64,000 nt of DNA from positions 4,128,001 to 4,192,000 of the forward strand of contig OZ242180.1 of the NCBI GenBank assembly GCA_965205485.1, read 5' to 3'. The notes under the pieces were generated by a model that saw only the letters and a list, made by a program, of their open reading frames with translations, did no database searches and had not been told where the DNA came from. A program made the translations under genes and the position numbers. The stretch's first letter is position 1, and each line of letters starts with the position of its first letter. Positions 57,993 through 64,000 of the stretch are shown one piece after another. The DNA is from Candidatus Latescibacterota bacterium (lineage in GTDB: Bacteria > Latescibacterota > UBA2968 > GCA-2709665).

Positions 57993-58766
57993 ATGTTAAA
58001 GGGGATCTTCAAGCGCGACGAGGAAGAAAACCCGGCTTCGAGTCGCGAGAAACAAATCGTTATCGAGGGCCAGACGGAAGAAGTCGAAGAAGCCATGCAC
58101 CTGCTTTCCGAGACCGACTCGGACGACCTCGACGAAACGATGGAAGAGATCGACGCCGCCGTCAGGAAGGCCGCCAAAACCACACTCCAGGACATTCGGA
58201 TGATGGAGGAAGGCCGTTGCCCGGCCTGCGGCCAGAAGACGCGGCAGTTCCTCTTTACCAGCGTCTGCGCAGGCTGCGGATGGTTTTCGTTCATCTCGCC
58301 CGAAGAGGGCAAGTCCATCATCCACCTCAAAACCGGGCATAATATCGAATGCGGCACCACGTTCGACACCCAGGGCGACTATATCCTGGGAATTACGGAC
58401 GGCGTGGTACGTGCGAAAGTCACCAAAGATAACGTGCAGCACATAGAATACGTCTGGTCCGACGAGGAAATTGAAAAAAAGCGCACGGCGCGCGCGCGCG
58501 AGCAGGCCGGCATCTGCAGCTGGTGTGAAAAGAGCCTGATACAGGCCGAAGAGGACGTCATCGTCGTCTACGCCGCGTTCGGCAGCTATCAGGACCGGTA
58601 CGTCTTCTGCTCGCAACGATGCTGTGAAGCGTTTCAGGGGCAATACCCGATCCGGGTGCACAAGAACTGCTACAACCGGACCTGTCCGGATTGCGATCTG
58701 TGCATCAAGAAATTCAGCGGCGAAGACGAGACGATTCTCCGTCAGCTCCACACGGTAGACGAATAA
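57993..58766 (+). CDS. Cys-rich multi-metal-finger hypothetical protein
   Basis: GGTGAGG RBS; CPAC..CAGC, CSWC..FCSQRCC and HKNC...CPDCDLC; acidic N-terminus. Confidence 0.85.
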   Translation: MLKGIFKRDEEENPASSREKQIVIEGQTEEVEEAMHLLSETDSDDLDETMEEIDAAVRKAAKTTLQDIRMMEEGRCPACGQKTRQFLFTSVCAGCGWFSFISPEEGKSIIHLKTGHNIECGTTFDTQGDYILGITDGVVRAKVTKDNVQHIEYVWSDEEIEKKRTARAREQAGICSWCEKSLIQAEEDVIVVYAAFGSYQDRYVFCSQRCCEAFQGQYPIRVHKNCYNRTCPDCDLCIKKFSGEDETILRQLHTVDE

Positions 58767-58785
58767 GTACGTTCCGGACGTCCTG

Positions 58786-60714
58786 TCAAGTCACGTCGCC
58801 GGTGATCCCGCGTTCAGATCCGCCTGCAAACGCGCCTTCCGGCTGCTGCTGCTCGTCGTAGAGCCTGCCGTATACCCCGCCGCGGGACAGCAGTTCTTCG
58901 TGGGTTCCCCATCCCGCCATTCGTCCCCTGTCGAGTACCAGAATCCTTTCCGCACGGGCGGCCGTTGAGATCCGGTGCGTGATGACGAATGTCGTCCGTC
59001 CCGCCATGACCCGATCCAGGGTCTCCTGAATCCGCGCCTCGGTGCCGGCGTCGAGGGCGGACGTCGTGTCATCGAGAATCAGAATGGCGGGGTCGGTCAA
59101 TAACGCCATGGCCAGCGCCAATCGCTGCTTCTGGCCGCCAGACAGGTTGCCGCCGCCTTCTTCGACCATGTACTCGTATTTTTCGGGCAGGCTCATGATG
59201 AAGTCGTGCAATTCCGCTCGCCCTGCAGCCTCCATAATCTGATCCGGCGTTGCGCCGTCCCGGCCGTATACGATATTCTGGGCGATCGTACCTGAAAACA
59301 GCACGGGCTCCTGCGGCACCATGCTGACGTGCCGGCGGATGCTCGAAAGACGGACGTCGCGAAGATCGTAGTCATCCAGCAGAATATTTCCCCCGGTCGG
59401 TTCGTACAGCCTCAGCAACAGGCTTAACAGCGTACTCTTGCCGGAGCCCGAAGGCCCCACGACCGCCACCGACGCGCCGGCCTGCACTGAAAAGGTCAAG
59501 TCCTCTATTACGTCACCCGCGACGGCGCTGTATTGGAACCGGACGTTTCGGAAAATGACTCGACCCCGCACCTGTTTCAGCGGGATCGCGTTGGGCCGGT
59601 CGCGGATCGAAATCTCCTCGTCGAGGACTTCGAATACCCTCGAGACAACGACCGCCATCTGCCGGAAGACCATATTCACGTTGGCAAGCGCCACCAGCGG
59701 CATAAACAGACTGGAGAGCGACATATTGAAGAAAATCAGTTCGCCCACCGTCAGGTCCCCCCTTCGAACCATCAGCGCGCCCCAATATAGAATGAGCGCA
59801 ACGGCGATAGCGCTTATGGACGCGCAGGCGGCACGAAGACTCGCGTTCAACATGGAATTGCGAATTGAAAGCCTGAAAATCGTGACCAGGCGTTTGAAGA
59901 ACATCCTGCGTTCGTACCGTTCTTTCGCAAACGAATAGACCACCCGTATGCCGCGGACCCGTTCCTCCAGAACTCCGTACGTGTCGGAATACGCTTCTCG
60001 CATGCGGGCGAACGTCTCCGAAACAGGCCGCTGGAACAGCTTGTAGGTAATCGCGTAAAGGGGCAGCGCCAAAAACGCCAGCACCGCGAGTTCCACGTTT
60101 ATCAGCAGCAGGACCACAATGCCTATCACGATCTTGGAAATATGGCCGATCGCTTCGACGAGTGTCGTGGTGACCTCGCTTTCCAGCAATTGAACGTCAT
60201 CCAGGATACGCGACATAATCTTGCCGGTCTGCTTTCTGTCGAAAAACGTCATTTGCAACTTCTGCACCTTCTGGTGCAGATCGAGCCGCACGCGGTACAC
60301 GATTCGATTGCCCACAAAAGCAATGTTGTAGTTATATAGCCAAGTCAGCCCCGCGAATGCGAAACGTACCGTCAGGTACAGGGCAAACACCGCCCAGAGC
60401 CATTGGATTTTCTCGGTGCGGCTCTTCGTCGCCGCAGGGCGGTCTACGTCCCACCCGTGCGGCAGAACCCGCTCCGGGTCCCGGGCCGCGCGGTCTTCCG
60501 CCGAATCCGCCCGAGGCCCGTCATTCGACCTGCCGCTGGACGTTTCCTCCGCCAGGGGCCTGATCTGCAGGACGTCGTCAATCGTTGTCTTGGTGATGAA
60601 TCCCAAAACGTAGAAATACGATCCGGATATCCCTGCAAGGCCCATGACCAGCACAACGCGAAAACGGAACGGCCGTACATACGTCCTGATGAATCTGGAG
60701 AAATTGGAGTTCAT
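58786..60714 (-). CDS. ABC exporter half-transporter (TMD+NBD)
   Basis: GPSGSGKS, LSGGQKQR, ILDDTTSALD (non-canonical Walker B, D in place of E). Confidence 0.92.
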   Translation of the reverse strand: MNSNFSRFIRTYVRPFRFRVVLVMGLAGISGSYFYVLGFITKTTIDDVLQIRPLAEETSSGRSNDGPRADSAEDRAARDPERVLPHGWDVDRPAATKSRTEKIQWLWAVFALYLTVRFAFAGLTWLYNYNIAFVGNRIVYRVRLDLHQKVQKLQMTFFDRKQTGKIMSRILDDVQLLESEVTTTLVEAIGHISKIVIGIVVLLLINVELAVLAFLALPLYAITYKLFQRPVSETFARMREAYSDTYGVLEERVRGIRVVYSFAKERYERRMFFKRLVTIFRLSIRNSMLNASLRAACASISAIAVALILYWGALMVRRGDLTVGELIFFNMSLSSLFMPLVALANVNMVFRQMAVVVSRVFEVLDEEISIRDRPNAIPLKQVRGRVIFRNVRFQYSAVAGDVIEDLTFSVQAGASVAVVGPSGSGKSTLLSLLLRLYEPTGGNILLDDYDLRDVRLSSIRRHVSMVPQEPVLFSGTIAQNIVYGRDGATPDQIMEAAGRAELHDFIMSLPEKYEYMVEEGGGNLSGGQKQRLALAMALLTDPAILILDDTTSALDAGTEARIQETLDRVMAGRTTFVITHRISTAARAERILVLDRGRMAGWGTHEELLSRGGVYGRLYDEQQQPEGAFAGGSERGITGDVT

Positions 60715-60763
60715 GAATCGCGCCTGAGTTGCCGCATCCGGCTGCTTCCGACCACGTCGTTTC

Positions 60764-62530
60764 TCAACCCGCCTCTTCCATTGCCGGTTTGCCGGCGAAC
60801 TGCTGGTTGATGAGGTCTCTGTATTTCCCGTTCGGGATTTTCATCAATGACTTGTGGTTTCCGCGTTCGATGATTTCACCCTGGTCCATGACCAGGATAA
60901 GATCGGCATTTACGACGGTTGACAGCCGGTGGGCGATAACGAAGGACGTCCGTCCTTTCAGTACGTTGGCCATCGCGCTCTGTATCAGGGCCTCGGAGAG
61001 CGAATCCAGCGCCGACGTGGCCTCATCCAGAATCATTATTGCCGGATCGGTCAGCACCGCCCTGGCAATGGCCAGTCGCTGCTTTTCTCCCACCGAAAGC
61101 CTGATGCCGCCGTCTCCCACCCTGGAGTCGTATCCGTCCCGTGTTCGCATGGCGAATTCGTGGATTTCGCCAACCTTTGCGGCTTCTACGATCTGCCGTT
61201 CCGATGCCCCGGAATTTCCGTATAAGAGATTCTCGCGCAACGTCGTGTTGAAAAGTACCGAGTCCTGCAGCACCTGCCCCACCTGTTTCCGGAGGGACGT
61301 CATCCGGACGTCGCGAATATCGTACCCGTCCACCGCAATAGCGCCTTCAGAAACGTCGTAATAGCGCATCAGCAGGCTGGTCAGCGTAGACTTTCCGCAT
61401 CCCGTGTGCCCCACCAGCGCAACCATCTGACCGGGGTGCACGTCGAGGCAGATATTCTTCAATACGGGTTCGCCGGTATTGTACTCGAACCAGACGCCGT
61501 CGAAAACGACGTGCCCGCGCAACGGGGGAAGATCGACCGCCAGAGACGCGTCCCGGACGTCAACCGGATGGTCCAGCACCTCGTAGATCCGGTCCACGGA
61601 TACCATCATCTGTTCGAATCGAATCCCGACGTTCATCAGATTCAATATCGGCTGGAATACGCGCATCGCGTACGAGAGGAACGCCATAACGGCGCCGTAC
61701 GTCATTTCCCCCTGGATAACGAAATAACAGCCCAGGCAGAAGATCAGGGTATTGCGCAGCCCCGAGACCACCCAGAAGCCCGCGCTGGCCGACGCCCGGT
61801 GCGTCTGCGTCTGCATCGCGTACGAAAGCCCCTCCCTGGTTTCCGCCGCGAACGCACGGTCCTCGCGTCTTTCCCGACCGTAGGCCTTGACCAGCCTCGC
61901 GCCGCTCAGACGCTCCTGCAGCCCCACGGATACATCGTCCATCTGCCGCCGCCACCGCCGGCTCGTTGCACGTATGGGTCCTACGAATATCCTGTAATTG
62001 ACCAGATACAGGGGAATCAGAACGGTCATCAGCAGCGCCAGTTTCCAGTTCAGCCCGTAGCAGATCCCCACGGCTGCGACGACCGATACGAAATCGGTAA
62101 TCACGCGCAGCATCTGCATGGAGACCATCTGCCTCACCGTTGCAACGTCTCCCATCATCCGCGACATGACTTTGCCTGTGCCCATTTCGTCATGGTATCC
62201 CAGGGAGAGCTTGAAAATGTGTTCATATAACGTCAGCCGGACCTTCATGATCAGGCGGCTGGATACATAAGAAAACGTAAATGCATTCAACACCCGCAGT
62301 CCGGCGGCGAGTACCGGTACGAGGATCAGCAGCGCCAGCGCCGCCTCCAGCATTTCCCATCTGCCCACCACGATAATCTCGTCGACGACATACATGGTAA
62401 TCAGCGGCGGCGCCATTTCAAGGAGGGCCAACAGAACGATCAGGCCCAGCGCAGTCGCGAGTCGCGGTGCGTAGGGTCGGACGAATTGCAGCAATTTTCG
62501 GAAGTTTTCAGATTTCGAACGTGGTTCCAC
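60764..62530 (-). CDS. ABC exporter half-transporter (TMD+NBD), heterodimer partner
   Basis: GHTGCGKS, LSVGEKQR (degenerate signature), ILDEATSALD, IAHRLST. Confidence 0.92.
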   Translation of the reverse strand: MEPRSKSENFRKLLQFVRPYAPRLATALGLIVLLALLEMAPPLITMYVVDEIIVVGRWEMLEAALALLILVPVLAAGLRVLNAFTFSYVSSRLIMKVRLTLYEHIFKLSLGYHDEMGTGKVMSRMMGDVATVRQMVSMQMLRVITDFVSVVAAVGICYGLNWKLALLMTVLIPLYLVNYRIFVGPIRATSRRWRRQMDDVSVGLQERLSGARLVKAYGRERREDRAFAAETREGLSYAMQTQTHRASASAGFWVVSGLRNTLIFCLGCYFVIQGEMTYGAVMAFLSYAMRVFQPILNLMNVGIRFEQMMVSVDRIYEVLDHPVDVRDASLAVDLPPLRGHVVFDGVWFEYNTGEPVLKNICLDVHPGQMVALVGHTGCGKSTLTSLLMRYYDVSEGAIAVDGYDIRDVRMTSLRKQVGQVLQDSVLFNTTLRENLLYGNSGASERQIVEAAKVGEIHEFAMRTRDGYDSRVGDGGIRLSVGEKQRLAIARAVLTDPAIMILDEATSALDSLSEALIQSAMANVLKGRTSFVIAHRLSTVVNADLILVMDQGEIIERGNHKSLMKIPNGKYRDLINQQFAGKPAMEEAG

Positions 62531-62897
62531 CGTTCAATCTCCCACCCTGTATGCGGGAATTTTTGCGATCGAAACCGGCCGCAAGGCCGCTTAATATATA
62601 TATAATAACCCGGGTTTCCAACTCTCGCCAAATGGAACGATGAACTCGCGTTCCGAGGATGTTTCCGCGTGTAAAGTGGCCGCGCGCAGTGAAAAACCTC
62701 CCGATCCGGTCGCGAGTTACTTTTGACTCTTCCTGCCGCCGCCGAAGGGCAGGCCGCTTTCACTTGCATGTTCACGCGTGTTCGGACATGATTTAACGGT
62801 GGAACGCCTCTGGCCTGTCTTCAGGCGTTCGTTCATGATAAAACTCGCGTGAGAATAGCTTCGTTCTTTCTCGACCGCCTCCCGGATCTTCGCCCCT

Positions 62898-64000
62898 GTG
62901 GACGTTTCCAGCCTGACCATCTCCCGGATTCGCGATCTCCTGCGTCGTCCCGAGGATATCGACGCGGTCCTCCTGGATTTACTGGATGCCGATCCTCGCG
63001 CCGGGGTGCGCCTCCTGGCCCTCAGGGAGCGTCGCCGCCGTAAATCCGTCGCGGCGGAACGCGCACGGCTGGAAAAAATGCGGGCTCTGGAAAAACGACT
63101 GCATGCGCGGGGCCTTCACCGCATCGCCGGTGTGGACGAAGCAGGTCGCGGGCCCCTGGCAGGCCCCGTGGTGGCCGCTGCGGTGATCCTTCCGCGGGAG
63201 GCATTGATCCCCGGCCTGAACGACTCCAAAGTGCTCACAGCCCAGAGGCGGTCGGGACTCTACGAGCGGATCACCGAAACCGCGGTCGCCCACGGCATCG
63301 GTGAAGCGTCCGCGGCGGAAATCGACCGCATCAATATCCTGCAGGCCACCTATCTCGCCATGCGCCGCGCGATCAGACGGCTTGGCGTCCCGCCCGACCG
63401 CGTTCTTGTGGACGGCCCCGGGGTGCCGGGGAGTCCCTTTCCCGAATCCGCCGTGATCGACGGCGATGCCGCTTCGCTATCCATTGCGGCCGCATCCATA
63501 CTCGCCAAAGTGACAAGAGACCGCAAGATGGCTGTCTTCCACAGCGAATTTCCGGAATACGGTTTCGCAGACCACAAGGGGTATGGAAGCGCGGACCACC
63601 GGCGGGCCCTCCGCGTTCACGGCCCGTGCCGGATCCACCGGCTTTCCTTTAGAGGAGTCCGGTACGACACCCAATCCGGGAGCGTGTTGGAATCGGCCGG
63701 ATCAACCGGAGGCGTAGCGGGAAAGGATGGACGTGCGCCTCGCGTGGTGAACGTGCAATCTCAACTTTTCCGGACCGGCAGGAGGGGGGAGAACGCTGCC
63801 GCGGCCACTCTCGCAAGAACGGGGTACCGGATTCTCCGTCGAAATTATCGGGCGGCTGGAGGAGAAGTCGATCTGATCGTATCTAACGATCATACGATCG
63901 CGTTTGTCGAAGTGAAGACCCGCGCATCAGAGGGCTTCGGCCCGCCCGAAATCCGCGTGACGCCTGAAAAACAGCGCCAGATCGTACGTGTCGCCAGGGC
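62898..64000 (+). CDS. rnhB: Ribonuclease HII fused in frame to a YraN (UPF0102) domain; 3' truncated by the window edge
   Basis: Manual translation: GVDEAGRGPLAGPV, DSK, LVDG, IAAASILAKVTRD, HKGY, HRLSF, then no stop through GENAAA...RNYR...GEVDLI...FVEVKTR. Confidence 0.9.
   Translation, partial: MDVSSLTISRIRDLLRRPEDIDAVLLDLLDADPRAGVRLLALRERRRRKSVAAERARLEKMRALEKRLHARGLHRIAGVDEAGRGPLAGPVVAAAVILPREALIPGLNDSKVLTAQRRSGLYERITETAVAHGIGEASAAEIDRINILQATYLAMRRAIRRLGVPPDRVLVDGPGVPGSPFPESAVIDGDAASLSIAAASILAKVTRDRKMAVFHSEFPEYGFADHKGYGSADHRRALRVHGPCRIHRLSFRGVRYDTQSGSVLESAGSTGGVAGKDGRAPRVVNVQSQLFRTGRRGENAAAATLARTGYRILRRNYRAAGGEVDLIVSNDHTIAFVEVKTRASEGFGPPEIRVTPEKQRQIVRVAR

Noticed and set aside
58786..62530. 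Non-canonical Walker B and signature motifs read as ABC pseudogenes
   Set aside because: One degenerate ATP site is normal for heterodimeric ABC exporters; both ORFs are intact
62531..62897. TATATATA tract and short ORFs in the ABC/rnhB spacer
   Set aside because: Consistent with an ordinary divergent promoter region; no supportable gene or RNA
1..64000. CRISPR array, prophage, integrase/transposase, retron or defence operon
   Set aside because: No regularly spaced direct repeats and no Cas, RT, recombinase, DDE or phage structural motifs in any ORF

Overview
GC-rich bacterial chromosomal segment, mostly housekeeping and catabolic genes. The lineage is inferred as FCB-group, Latescibacterota/Gemmatimonadota-like, from the C-terminal 'PNPFN...WDG' sorting domain, the lptC-ostA-lptB-rpoN block and many PhyH, Gfo, hydantoinase and enolase-family enzymes. 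The core block is ihfB-like, rpoN, lptB/lptA-like/lptC, pyrG, gatC, pcrA/uvrD, mltG, ruvX, apt, acyP, rfbA and rnhB. It also carries tRNA-Arg(CCT), tRNA-Gly(GCC), two hydantoinase/oxoprolinase A/B pairs, an ArsS-type radical SAM gene next to DUF547, a heterodimeric ABC exporter and a secreted protein with five lamin-tail domains. I saw no CRISPR array, prophage, integrase, transposase or recognisable defence operon, and I cannot support a complete new multi-gene system. The best leads are: (1) a 99-bp MITE with a 4-bp target duplication that rewrote a gene's stop codon; (2) an atypical, possibly DPANN-like PyrG with a ~31-aa insertion, abutting lptC where kdsA/kdsD often sit; (3) an in-frame RNase HII-YraN fusion; (4) a 14-Cys multi-metal-finger ORFan with its own promoter; (5) an HPPD-like half-enzyme; (6) a PC4/Whirly-like small protein; (7) a ~100-nt multi-branch structured element upstream of tRNA-Gly. 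All family calls come from motif recognition by eye; no database search was run.
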